Below, one piece after another: positions 27,558 through 36,127 of a DNA stretch of 64,000 nt. Each line of letters begins with the position of its first letter. The first letter of the stretch is position 1. Origin of the DNA: Candidatus Hydrogenedentota bacterium (GTDB taxonomy: Bacteria; Hydrogenedentota; Hydrogenedentia; Hydrogenedentales; SLHB01); the NCBI GenBank assembly GCA_020849535.1, contig JADLGB010000037.1, forward strand, positions 28,814-92,813, read 5' to 3'. A program made the translations under genes and the position numbers. Under the pieces are notes generated by a model, which saw only the letters and a list, made by a program, of their open reading frames with translations, made no database searches and was not told the DNA's origin.

Positions 27558-28132
27558 TCTGGCTGGTCCGGCAGGAAGTAGGCTTCCATGCCTGGTAAGA
27601 AGTAGTGGCCCGGATTTGGCAAGAAGGAGTCTCCGCGGTCCGGGGGGAAACCGTCGCTCGGACCGTGCGTGAATGCAACGCCATGTCCGGGCCGGAGGCT
27701 GTCGCCCGGATCCAGTAAGAAACCATCGCCTTGGTTCGGCTGGAAGGCAGCTATCGGATCCGGCATGAAGCCATCGCCCGGCTCCGGCAAGAAATAATCA
27801 AACGCGCCCGGCGCCGAAAGCCGCGGGTTCGCGTAGAGTTCATCGTTCGTGAGCACCCTATCCTCCAGCAGCATGCCATTGAAGGGGCGACGCAACCCAA
27901 ACAGGTCCACCGCCAGGGCACGGGCGTCGAATTCTGTGCGGCAGTCGAGACAGAGCCTTTTCTCATCGTGCCAGTGTTGCCCGAGGGGGTCGTCCTCGAT
28001 TAGCGCGTCGCGACACGGCCGACAAACTTGAAAGTCATCAAGGCGCCCATCAATGCCGCGGTCTACCCAGACCCGACGGTCACCTTCGTCGTTCTTTCGA
28101 AACAGCAGGTCTCGCGCAAATTCCTCCAGCAT
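27542..28132 (-). CDS. Zinc-ribbon protein with C-terminal GDxF(L/M/P)PDP-type degenerate repeats
   Basis: CRPC...CLDC cysteine pairs. Repeats EPGDGFMPDP / NQGDGFLLDPGDSLRPG / PSDGFPPDRGDSFLPNPGHYFLPG / AYFLPDQ. Confidence 0.5.
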   Translation of the reverse strand: MLEEFARDLLFRKNDEGDRRVWVDRGIDGRLDDFQVCRPCRDALIEDDPLGQHWHDEKRLCLDCRTEFDARALAVDLFGLRRPFNGMLLEDRVLTNDELYANPRLSAPGAFDYFLPEPGDGFMPDPIAAFQPNQGDGFLLDPGDSLRPGHGVAFTHGPSDGFPPDRGDSFLPNPGHYFLPGMEAYFLPDQPEWDML

Positions 28133-28248
28133 GGCGGATTCCTCCGGTTTTCATCCAAACGGCCCCGGCCCCGTCACCCGCGAGTAGGCCTTTCTCTACC
28201 TATTGAGCGGCAGAATTGGAGATGCTGTTTCAACGGCTTCAGGCGTGA

Positions 28249-28884
28249 TCAAGGATGGAAGATGCCCCGCAACAGATCATCCGTGGCGGCGTAGTCCATG
28301 ATGACTGACGGCACAAAACGAACCAGTTCGTGGGGGGAAGCGTCTCGCAGGGGGAGCGGCAGAATATCCTTCCATCGTTCCTGTATCAGGACCGCTGTTT
28401 CGCACTGCATGTTCCACGGCAACTGCTGCCAAGCGGCCTGTACCGCGCGCCAGAGCATGTCCTTTCTTCGGGCCGTCTTGATTTCGTTTGCCACAGACGA
28501 CAGGGCGTGGCGTATTGCCTCGTCTCCCAGGGTCTGTGCGTCGTAAAGGAGTGCGTCGATGCCTTTGCCCCAAACGCCCCAGTACGTTTGTTCTAGACTC
28601 ATGCACGCATCCGCCAGGAGAGCCTCATGCTCGACCACGCGCCGAGGCGCCACAACACGATACAAGTTGGCAAGCAAGCGAGCCGTCTCATTCAGGAGGT
28701 ACTCGATGGTGACACACGACGCCGGCGCACGTTCCCGCAGGAACGAGGCCAGTTCCTTGTCCGCCGGTTCATCAATGAGAAGACGGCAACTCTTGCCGTC
28801 GCTAGCCGCCAAGGCCTTTCGGACGAATTTCCACGGATCTGTGGAAGCCTCACAGCGTGTCATAGGCGAAAACCTTCGGGTCAT
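28249..28884 (-). CDS. Helical protein, divergent fourth copy of the operon-specific ~190-aa helical domain
   Basis: Shares the block order VTIEYLLNETARLLANLYRVV ... GKGIDALLYDAQTLGDEA ... ERWKDILPLPL with the three clearer copies. Start uncertain (28863/28884/28953). Overlaps the upstream ATPase stop. Confidence 0.45.
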   Translation of the reverse strand: MTRRFSPMTRCEASTDPWKFVRKALAASDGKSCRLLIDEPADKELASFLRERAPASCVTIEYLLNETARLLANLYRVVAPRRVVEHEALLADACMSLEQTYWGVWGKGIDALLYDAQTLGDEAIRHALSSVANEIKTARRKDMLWRAVQAAWQQLPWNMQCETAVLIQERWKDILPLPLRDASPHELVRFVPSVIMDYAATDDLLRGIFHP

Positions 28885-31288
28885 CCACAAACTCGCCTCG
28901 GAGCGGCGCCGGGGCCCTGCCGCGACTTCGCAGAGCGGCGAGAGCCTGTTCACGCGTTACGCAATAGCGTGCGCGCGACACTTCCTTCGCCCGCTCGGCC
29001 ATGCCTGGCACTTCCGGCTCTCCCAGTGTTGGGGTAACTAGGCGAACGACATCCCGTCCTATTCGCGCGATGGCGTGTCTTGGTTCCAAGGACAGAAGTT
29101 CCCCAGGCGCAATACCGCCTCCCAGATTTCGAGCTACCATGGATTCATCTGCGGCCGTCACGGCGAAAGCGATGGTCGTTCCCACCACCCCCAGCGAATC
29201 AATGCGCTTGCGCGTTTCCATCTGACTCAGATACTGGTGGGCGAGGACCATGCTGCACTCGTACTTCCGCAGCTCCACGAGGATATTCTCGATGGAGTCC
29301 GTGGTGAATCGATGCACCTCATCGATGTAGATATGGCAGGGACGCCGCAGATGGGGCAACAGTTCACTGCGGGAAAGGGCGGCCTGGTGGATGAGCGCTA
29401 TAAGAAATGTGCCAAGGGTGTTGGCGGCCATCCCGACGGAACTGAGGTCGGCCAGGAAAATTCCGCGTTCATCCATGAGCCTTCGCAGATCGAAGGAACT
29501 GTGTGGATAGGCGAACATGAGTCCGAGCGTGTCGTGCAAAAGCAGTTTGGTCAGTTTGTGTTGGACGGGCGCGAAATCGGCCGGACCGTATCTGGGAAAC
29601 TCGTGCTCCCAGAAGTGACGTGCCTTCGGATTGTCCACCACGGCCAGAATGTCCTTGCACAGGCGTTCGCGCGCCGGATGCTTGGGAGTCAGGAGAATAG
29701 AGACATCCGACAGAGTGGCGTGACCGGTTTTCATGAACCCATAAAGGGCCTGGCGCAGAAGCGTCTCAAGACGGTCTCCCCATCCCGAAGATATGTGTGA
29801 GACACCATGAATGAATTCGTCGGCCACGCGGTCCGGTACGCCACCCTCCAGGAGATTCCACGCCGGGATGGCCTTCCCCCCGGGATCGAAATGGACCAAG
29901 CGATCAAGGTGCTCCTCTCGGAGGCGACTTAAGATTCCCTCGCTCAGGTCGCCGTGCGGGTCTACGACGAAGGTCGCCTCTCCTCGTTCGATGTCCCGAA
30001 GACACATCCCTTCCATGGTCTTCGACTTCCCCGTGCCAGGCCGGCCGATCAAGTGAATGTGCTGCATGCGCAACGAGTCCGGGACGAATACCGGGCGCGA
30101 CTCGCCCGCCCGCTCGAGTATCCCGACCAAGGTTCCCTCCGAGAAGATCTCGTCCCCATGCGGCAACGGAGACACTATGGGCATGGTGGAACCGGGGCCT
30201 TTGAGGGTGCTCAGGGGCGGTATGTGAAGCCATGAGCAGCACTCGAGACTATTCAAAAGTATGCCGCAGCGATGGGAGACTCCGCGGGTCAGCATGAGCT
30301 CGATGCCTTTCGTCCCGATTGCATCCCGAAACGAAATGTCTGTCACATACAGCAAGGGACGGCCTCCATGCTGAAACACGCCGAGAAAAGTCGTGAGAGC
30401 CCGAAGCCACGCCCGGCGTTCTTCTTCGCTGGATCCGAAGACGCCGACGCGGGCCAGCACGTGGAAGAAGGGCTTATCCGCGTGGGCCTTCCAGGATACC
30501 TCGTTCGACAGCGCGTTCAGCTGAGCCGAAGGGGTCTGTTGGGCGTAGGGTTGCGCGAGATGGTGGGCGCCATGCAACCGCGCCAGGTAGGACAGGTCGC
30601 GGAGCAACGCCACGTTCAAATGCCAATCGTGGTCGGGCGCCACGGGCTGTGCCAGTACCTGGAAAACACCCAGCATCCCCGGCGGCAAGCCGCTCAGAAT
30701 TCGCAGGAAGGGTTCCAGCGGCGAGAGGTGAAGCTCATTCGGGCGGGTGAGGAGCTCCGTATAGGGCGGCGGCGCCCACGTCTCAACAAAGGAGAACCGG
30801 TCCCAGACACCAAGTTCCAGTTGGTCCATGGGGTGATCTCGGAGAACGGTAAGCTCCCCTTCCGGGAAAATACCGCGGAACGCTGCTTGGCACATGGGCT
30901 CGTCGTCCTCGCGGCAAGCCAATGAGAACAGGAGCCGATCCCTGCCGCCTACAATGTCAAAGACGAGACGGTGCCGTAGACCCTGGAGCTGTTTCAGCAT
31001 CAATTCATTGCGAAGCCAGTCGCACGGGTGGTCGGGGGGTACCCACACCTGGAATCGCCGCCATTCGTTCGGCGCCGTGGGAGTTTCGGGAACGTACCAG
31101 GCTTCCTCCGCGCCGAGGAGCAAATCTTCGGGCTCCCGAAGCGGTCTGTAGGGGGGTTCCAATGCTACGGGCGCCGGTGCGATGTCCCCCAGACACCCTT
31201 TGGTGACCTCCAGTTCACAAAGGTGCGCCGCTTTCGCCGCAAGCATTGCGGACCGGCTCCGGGGAATGGGCACAGGGGCAGAAAACAC
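28850..31288 (-). CDS. TraD/VirD4-like FtsK-HerA superfamily ATPase with ~400-aa unknown N-terminal region
   Basis: Walker A LIGRPGTGKSKTM followed by VVDPHGDL. Walker B HIYIDEVHRF. MVLAHQYLSQM (coupling-protein-type AHQ motif). Confidence 0.7.
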   Translation of the reverse strand: MFSAPVPIPRSRSAMLAAKAAHLCELEVTKGCLGDIAPAPVALEPPYRPLREPEDLLLGAEEAWYVPETPTAPNEWRRFQVWVPPDHPCDWLRNELMLKQLQGLRHRLVFDIVGGRDRLLFSLACREDDEPMCQAAFRGIFPEGELTVLRDHPMDQLELGVWDRFSFVETWAPPPYTELLTRPNELHLSPLEPFLRILSGLPPGMLGVFQVLAQPVAPDHDWHLNVALLRDLSYLARLHGAHHLAQPYAQQTPSAQLNALSNEVSWKAHADKPFFHVLARVGVFGSSEEERRAWLRALTTFLGVFQHGGRPLLYVTDISFRDAIGTKGIELMLTRGVSHRCGILLNSLECCSWLHIPPLSTLKGPGSTMPIVSPLPHGDEIFSEGTLVGILERAGESRPVFVPDSLRMQHIHLIGRPGTGKSKTMEGMCLRDIERGEATFVVDPHGDLSEGILSRLREEHLDRLVHFDPGGKAIPAWNLLEGGVPDRVADEFIHGVSHISSGWGDRLETLLRQALYGFMKTGHATLSDVSILLTPKHPARERLCKDILAVVDNPKARHFWEHEFPRYGPADFAPVQHKLTKLLLHDTLGLMFAYPHSSFDLRRLMDERGIFLADLSSVGMAANTLGTFLIALIHQAALSRSELLPHLRRPCHIYIDEVHRFTTDSIENILVELRKYECSMVLAHQYLSQMETRKRIDSLGVVGTTIAFAVTAADESMVARNLGGGIAPGELLSLEPRHAIARIGRDVVRLVTPTLGEPEVPGMAERAKEVSRARYCVTREQALAALRSRGRAPAPLRGEFVDDPKVFAYDTL

Positions 31289-31343
31289 GAGGCCTCCTTT
31301 CCAAGAGAAGGCGGCGGAAAGGAGGCCAGTGTTTCAAGGTAAC

Positions 31344-31919
31344 TCAGCGGCGAACGGCCTGTCCTAACGAGCGAATGAGTTTCGGGTGCGCTTCGAGATA
31401 CCGCGGGAAGTGCACGAGCATTCTGGCCTCGTCTTCCCGCAACATGTCCTCTGGCAAGAGATGCGCCCACTTCCGCCTGTATTCCGCGACGGTGGCGAAG
31501 CGTTCCTGCGTGGACAAGCCGCACCAATAATGCGCCACGCGGGCCGCCACTTCATTGTCTGCGAGCTGTTCGGCGAAGCCATGCGCTGTGTCCCGAAAGA
31601 CGCGCCTCAGGCCGCCTTCAATCCCATACACCGCACGCCGCACTGCGAGACGCGGCCCGTCGGGCCCATAAAGCCGATGGAGTACTTCGGAACACCGGAC
31701 CCAGTCGTGGGCGGGATCGATCCACCGCCTCCCGGTTCCAAAGACAATGCCGTCCAAATGCACAAAGAATCGCACCATCAGGTTCCGGAATTCCACTTCG
31801 TCGCGCACGTCAGGACCTGTAACCGGAAACAAATCCATGGCATCGACTGCACGCCGAAGAATGGCATCGTACGTGCGGGATGGATGCAGACTATCGAGAA
31901 GAAGGTCGAGCTTCGTCAT
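31344..31919 (-). CDS. 191-aa helical protein (copy 3 of the operon-specific domain)
   Basis: GGAGGTG RBS 6 nt before ATG at 31919. Blocks VRDEVEFRNLMVRFFVHL, GIEGGLRRVF, EYRRKWAHLLPED. Confidence 0.6.
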   Translation of the reverse strand: MTKLDLLLDSLHPSRTYDAILRRAVDAMDLFPVTGPDVRDEVEFRNLMVRFFVHLDGIVFGTGRRWIDPAHDWVRCSEVLHRLYGPDGPRLAVRRAVYGIEGGLRRVFRDTAHGFAEQLADNEVAARVAHYWCGLSTQERFATVAEYRRKWAHLLPEDMLREDEARMLVHFPRYLEAHPKLIRSLGQAVRR

Positions 31920-31943
31920 GGAATACACCTCCGCCTTGTGCGC

Positions 31944-32522
31944 TTAGATGCGACGAAACACTGACGCCATCTGACGCGATGCTTGCAGCAGAGAACGAAT
32001 AAGTAGTTCGACATCCTTGGCATACCTCTCCGGGTGGTTGCGATCGATGCCGGGAAGCGTCGGCGAGTACGAGTCGATGAATTCTCGCACTGTGCGCACC
32101 CGGAGCTCCCAGTCGTCCGGCGGAAGGTAACGGTCTAAAACGTCGCGCATCTGATGTTCCAACGCTTCCGCCTTCATGGCGTCGCAGAGAACGTCCAGGA
32201 TGTGACGCAAGCCACCGTTCAGAGAGTCCAGGCAGTCGCGATATGCGGAAACCGCGTCGCCGCCTTGGCGCCGGAGTTCTTGATTCAACATCGACTTGCC
32301 TTGGCCCGCTGCCGTAGCGCGCGAAGGCGAGCTGCCGGGGGTGACGCATTCCCTGTATACATATTGCACGTAGTCCGCAAGGATATCCGTGAAATCTGGA
32401 TAGTCCCTGACCGAATTCGACGACGGCCGGTAGGCCAAACGCGTCTGGTCGAATGGTCTGGCGATTCGCTGCGCCAGCGTCACTTCGTCAAGTTCCTTCA
32501 GCATCGAATTCAGGCGACTCAT
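31944..32522 (-). CDS. 192-aa helical protein (copy 2 of the operon-specific domain)
   Basis: GGAGGA RBS 7 nt before ATG at 32522. Blocks RPFDQTRLAYRP, VRDYPDFTDILADYVQYVY, LNGGLRHILDVLCDAMK, YSPTLPGID. Confidence 0.6.
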   Translation of the reverse strand: MSRLNSMLKELDEVTLAQRIARPFDQTRLAYRPSSNSVRDYPDFTDILADYVQYVYRECVTPGSSPSRATAAGQGKSMLNQELRRQGGDAVSAYRDCLDSLNGGLRHILDVLCDAMKAEALEHQMRDVLDRYLPPDDWELRVRTVREFIDSYSPTLPGIDRNHPERYAKDVELLIRSLLQASRQMASVFRRI

Positions 32523-32542
32523 TTTCATATCCTCCATTCTTG

Positions 32543-34228
32543 TCAAAGTCGACGCAAAGTCTGCGTCATTTCGTTCAGGCACCGCGCTATAGCGCGGGCC
32601 AGGTCTTCCCACCTTGCAGTGAATCGCTCGATGGGCGCCTCACATAGGTCTACGGGCAGTAAGGATCCAAAGCGAGCGAAAACGGCCTGCACGAATTTCT
32701 CTCTGGCGCTGTCATTGCGCCCCTTCATGGCCGTAGTGAACGTGAACAGGACGCTTTTCTCGTAGTCTTTTTGTTTGCGAAAGTCGGCCATGGCATCCAG
32801 GATCGAGCGCATACCCCCGTTGACGCCGAGTTCGCCTTCCAGTTTCGCTCCTTCTATTCCACCCGCCCGCGCATAGGCTTCGTTGAGATAGGCCAAGGAT
32901 TCCGCCTCCAAGGCCGTTCGATCCGTCAGATCGAGGGTTACTCCCAGCTTCCCCATCAGGTGCACGTAGAAGGACATGATCACGTCCACAACGTCGTCCC
33001 AGGAATCACTTGTGACAAAACCCGGGTTGAACGTGAGGCGGGCTTCATCAATAGGACGACTAATTGCGCTCGATAGGAATTCCGCGCTCAAGCGAGAAAG
33101 GACAAGATCCGTTGTATCCTCCGCCGCGCTGTAATCCACCTCTTGTGCGCTTACCACCGGAGGAATTGCTGAGGAAACACAAGCATGCGAGAGGACACGA
33201 CCCTCGACAGCCTGAAGCAACACGGTGACGTCTGCGGCGTCTTCAGTACCGCCGAGAAGGCCCACCTCTAGGCATCGTCCAAAATCCGTAAGAGGAAACT
33301 GGAGGCTGCGCCGGCGCAAGGGCGCCAAGCCGGCCAGTGTGTGCATGAGACGTTTTCCCATCCCGGATGGATAGTGGCCCTCGCGCATATGGTGGCCCAG
33401 AAACGCCGCGAGCAGAGCTTCCGCTCCCGGTCGGTCGGACTGCGTCAAAGCGGCTGCCGTGGCCGACCAAAAGCGCTCATGGTGATTCTTCAGCAAGTGG
33501 GCGGCAGCGCGACGGACCGGGGATTCGGGAAAGCAATTAGGCACGGCATGCCCGAAGATGCCTTTGCGAAGAATTGCGAGGGGGATATCGAGCTCTTGAA
33601 CGGCGACCATCAAGGCTTCGGCGACATCATGAACAGGGGTGGCATGAAACTGCTCCCGAGCTTCCGCCAGGGCCGCTTCGATTCGTTCCGCCTCCGCCGG
33701 GGCCATGACATTGAGGGACCCGTCGGCCCCAAAGGCCGGATAGACGAACTCCCTCACCTCATGTTGTTCCCGGGCGGCCTGCACTTTGGCAGGCAAGGCC
33801 CCTACCGGCCCAATCGTTCCGATGAGGGATATCAGTGCGCCGGTGAGAATTACGTCTTGACGCAGCGGCAGTTCAAGAGCCGACGACAACATGGTCAGGA
33901 AGAGGGGAAGTTCAACAGAGTGTCCCCCCTGCACAGCATCAGCCCCGTACACCCCGATGGCGTCGAGGCCTTCGATTGTCACTTCCCAGATCGGTATGGA
34001 TGCGCCCAAGGCATCGAGGATTTGAACTACCGTCGGAACCACGGTCGCTTCCGCATGTGCTATGGCATCCGGGTCCAGGCCTATTCGACTCCGCATGCGC
34101 AAGCGTTCCTCGCCCGGCCCTTCAGACGAAACCGCCAGTACGGCGGAAACAAACGCGCGGCCAGCGGACGGCACGACGATGACCGTCCGGGCGCGCCCTA
34201 TAATTCCTACTGTGGATGAGCACATCAT
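32543..34228 (-). CDS. Lon-protease-like (S16) N-terminal domain fused to the operon-specific helical domain; no AAA+ module
   Basis: N-terminal ~175 aa: GGHSVELPLFLTMLSSALELPLRQDVILTGALISLIGTIGPVGALPAKVQAA parallels the Lon DGPSAG...TGE...GG.KEK layout, with Ser and Lys positions retained. C-terminal blocks RPIDEARLTFNP, SDSWDDVVDVIMSFYVHL, VNGGMRSILDAMADFRK, FGSLLPVD. Confidence 0.55.
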   Translation of the reverse strand: MMCSSTVGIIGRARTVIVVPSAGRAFVSAVLAVSSEGPGEERLRMRSRIGLDPDAIAHAEATVVPTVVQILDALGASIPIWEVTIEGLDAIGVYGADAVQGGHSVELPLFLTMLSSALELPLRQDVILTGALISLIGTIGPVGALPAKVQAAREQHEVREFVYPAFGADGSLNVMAPAEAERIEAALAEAREQFHATPVHDVAEALMVAVQELDIPLAILRKGIFGHAVPNCFPESPVRRAAAHLLKNHHERFWSATAAALTQSDRPGAEALLAAFLGHHMREGHYPSGMGKRLMHTLAGLAPLRRRSLQFPLTDFGRCLEVGLLGGTEDAADVTVLLQAVEGRVLSHACVSSAIPPVVSAQEVDYSAAEDTTDLVLSRLSAEFLSSAISRPIDEARLTFNPGFVTSDSWDDVVDVIMSFYVHLMGKLGVTLDLTDRTALEAESLAYLNEAYARAGGIEGAKLEGELGVNGGMRSILDAMADFRKQKDYEKSVLFTFTTAMKGRNDSAREKFVQAVFARFGSLLPVDLCEAPIERFTARWEDLARAIARCLNEMTQTLRRL

Positions 34229-34923
34229 GGAGTTTGCACGCTGCCTTCCAAGATGATCTCAAGGCTGCCGTTTTCCAGGCCTGAAAAGGTACGCAGAACG
34301 ATTCCGCCTGCATGACACGCGATCACTCGAGATGGATGAGACTTGTCCCCGACACCCTCGGCCGCAAGTCGAAGGGGTTCCGGGCGGGAACTCGTACGAA
34401 TGAGCAAGTCTGCTTCTTCCAAGCGGCCTTCCCAAAGCAGCCGTCCCGTCGAAAAGGTCACGCGATACTCACCAGGGACAAGGCCCGGTATGACTGTACT
34501 TTCACCGGGCGAGACCAACCGGGCGCGGACGAACTCCAACTCCCGCCGGTGTACCACCACATCGACGGACGAGTCGAGCGGCCCGAAGGCCGTGACGACT
34601 CGGCGGAGTGCATCGAGCCGTATTCGCAGGTCTGGGCGATGCACAAGCTCTCTGTCCAGATCTTCAACATGACGGGGGCTGGATAGGATGGCCTCTAGGA
34701 AATCCAGGGAGTCGGTGTCCGCGTCGTCATCGCAGGAAGCAAGCGATCTCAACTCGCGTTTCACCTCTCCCATGAAGTCTCCGAACTGGGCCCAGCCTTT
34801 ATGGAATTCCGGTATCTTGCCCAAGTCTTTGATAGTCTGAAATGCCTCCTGGAGTGAATGCAGCGGGTCCGTAGACCGTAGCGCGTCCAGAATGATTGGG
34901 GCGAAAAACACATCATGAACCAT
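34225..34923 (-). CDS. Hypothetical protein (helical N-terminus, beta-rich C-terminus)
   Basis: Start taken at MVHDVFF (34923). 4-nt overlap with the downstream Lon-like gene. C-terminal VIPGLVPGEYRVTFSTGRLLWEGRL looks like a beta-sandwich strand pattern. No catalytic motif seen. Confidence 0.45.
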   Translation of the reverse strand: MVHDVFFAPIILDALRSTDPLHSLQEAFQTIKDLGKIPEFHKGWAQFGDFMGEVKRELRSLASCDDDADTDSLDFLEAILSSPRHVEDLDRELVHRPDLRIRLDALRRVVTAFGPLDSSVDVVVHRRELEFVRARLVSPGESTVIPGLVPGEYRVTFSTGRLLWEGRLEEADLLIRTSSRPEPLRLAAEGVGDKSHPSRVIACHAGGIVLRTFSGLENGSLEIILEGSVQTP

Positions 34924-36127
34924 GGGCGGTACCCCCCTGATGCTTCCGGCTTCCACTGGCGATGGCCGATACCCGTTCCCACAAACCGACGGACTTGGCC
35001 GCCTCAAGCAGCCAAGGCACCCGAGCCACAATCTTGGCGATGTTGACGTAAAGATGGGGAACTTGGACGCGATTGCTATTGCTTTTTAGCCACTCGCGGC
35101 CTGCAAAGCGGCTGAATGTTGCTCGACTAAGGCCATGACGGGAGGACAAAGCGGCGTCCGTGAATTCCCCAGATACCAGATTGTTCAGCACGTCGAGAAC
35201 TAGATTCCGCACTCCTTCGACGCCCAAGCCGCGAATTGCAGTCGGTAGCACCTCAATACCGGCGGCCTTCTCGTCAGCAACGAATTCCTGAACCGAGGAA
35301 CTCCGAACGCCTCGGAAACCAAGCGGCAAGTCAACTTCCCACGGCGGTGCCGGGATATCCCCCGCAAGGTTTTCATGCAGCGCAACAAAGCCGGGCTTCG
35401 GAAACCAAGCGTCTATGGCTGCCTGAATACGTCCGGCCTCGCGGGAATCCGATGGGTCGAATTGCCCTATATGCGCTTCGAGCCAAAGGCGGCGTTGCTT
35501 GCCAGGGAAGTCCTTGGGAAATCGCACCGTCACATGTGATCCGTTCACAGGCCATCTATACCGCGATGTCAGCAAATCCTCTTCCCGGCGTGCCTCCTTG
35601 AGGCAGTAGCCAAGCTGATGAAACACTAGACCTTGCAGCAAAGCAGCCTCGCGGCTCTCCAATTCCGCCTCGGTATCGGGTGGCTTCGCGGCGAAGTCCT
35701 CGTGCACAAGCTTTGTGACCGCGGCGAAAGTCTTGCTGCAGTCCGTCTCCCTAAGCTTTCGCGTAGGCGGCGAAGCCGATTCCTCGGCTTCCTGGTGGTC
35801 AGGGCTTACAGAAGCCTCTGTCTCTACGGGCAGCCGTGACCACCGGTCCATCACAAGTTGCGTTGCCCGATCGATGATGTCGCCAGTGCGGTGGCGGGTC
35901 CCCATGCTCTTTGATGTCTCGATGCGCCAGACCTCGATGAACTCACCAAAGGTCATCAAACCCCTGCCAGCCACTTCGAACAGCCTACGGCTATGAAATT
36001 CATCGAGAGCAGTCCGGTCAGCATTCTCGGCGATGCACCCGGCCAGTTCGGATGCTCGCAGCATGCGCAGGTGACGCGCGTCCAACCCTCGATTCAATTT
36101 ATCTTCGCGTCGGTCTTGCACAGTCAT
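34913..36127 (-). CDS. Hypothetical protein with possible C-terminal HTH
   Basis: 404 aa. 4-nt overlap with the upstream gene. LSSRHGLSRATFSRFAGREWL resembles a helix-turn-helix. Function unknown. Confidence 0.45.
   Translation of the reverse strand: MTVQDRREDKLNRGLDARHLRMLRASELAGCIAENADRTALDEFHSRRLFEVAGRGLMTFGEFIEVWRIETSKSMGTRHRTGDIIDRATQLVMDRWSRLPVETEASVSPDHQEAEESASPPTRKLRETDCSKTFAAVTKLVHEDFAAKPPDTEAELESREAALLQGLVFHQLGYCLKEARREEDLLTSRYRWPVNGSHVTVRFPKDFPGKQRRLWLEAHIGQFDPSDSREAGRIQAAIDAWFPKPGFVALHENLAGDIPAPPWEVDLPLGFRGVRSSSVQEFVADEKAAGIEVLPTAIRGLGVEGVRNLVLDVLNNLVSGEFTDAALSSRHGLSRATFSRFAGREWLKSNSNRVQVPHLYVNIAKIVARVPWLLEAAKSVGLWERVSAIASGSRKHQGGTAHGS

Noticed and set aside
32543-34228. Lon-like protein as BREX BrxL
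   Set aside because: No PglX methyltransferase, PglZ, BrxC or BrxA/B genes are in the window, and the protein lacks the BrxL AAA-like region.
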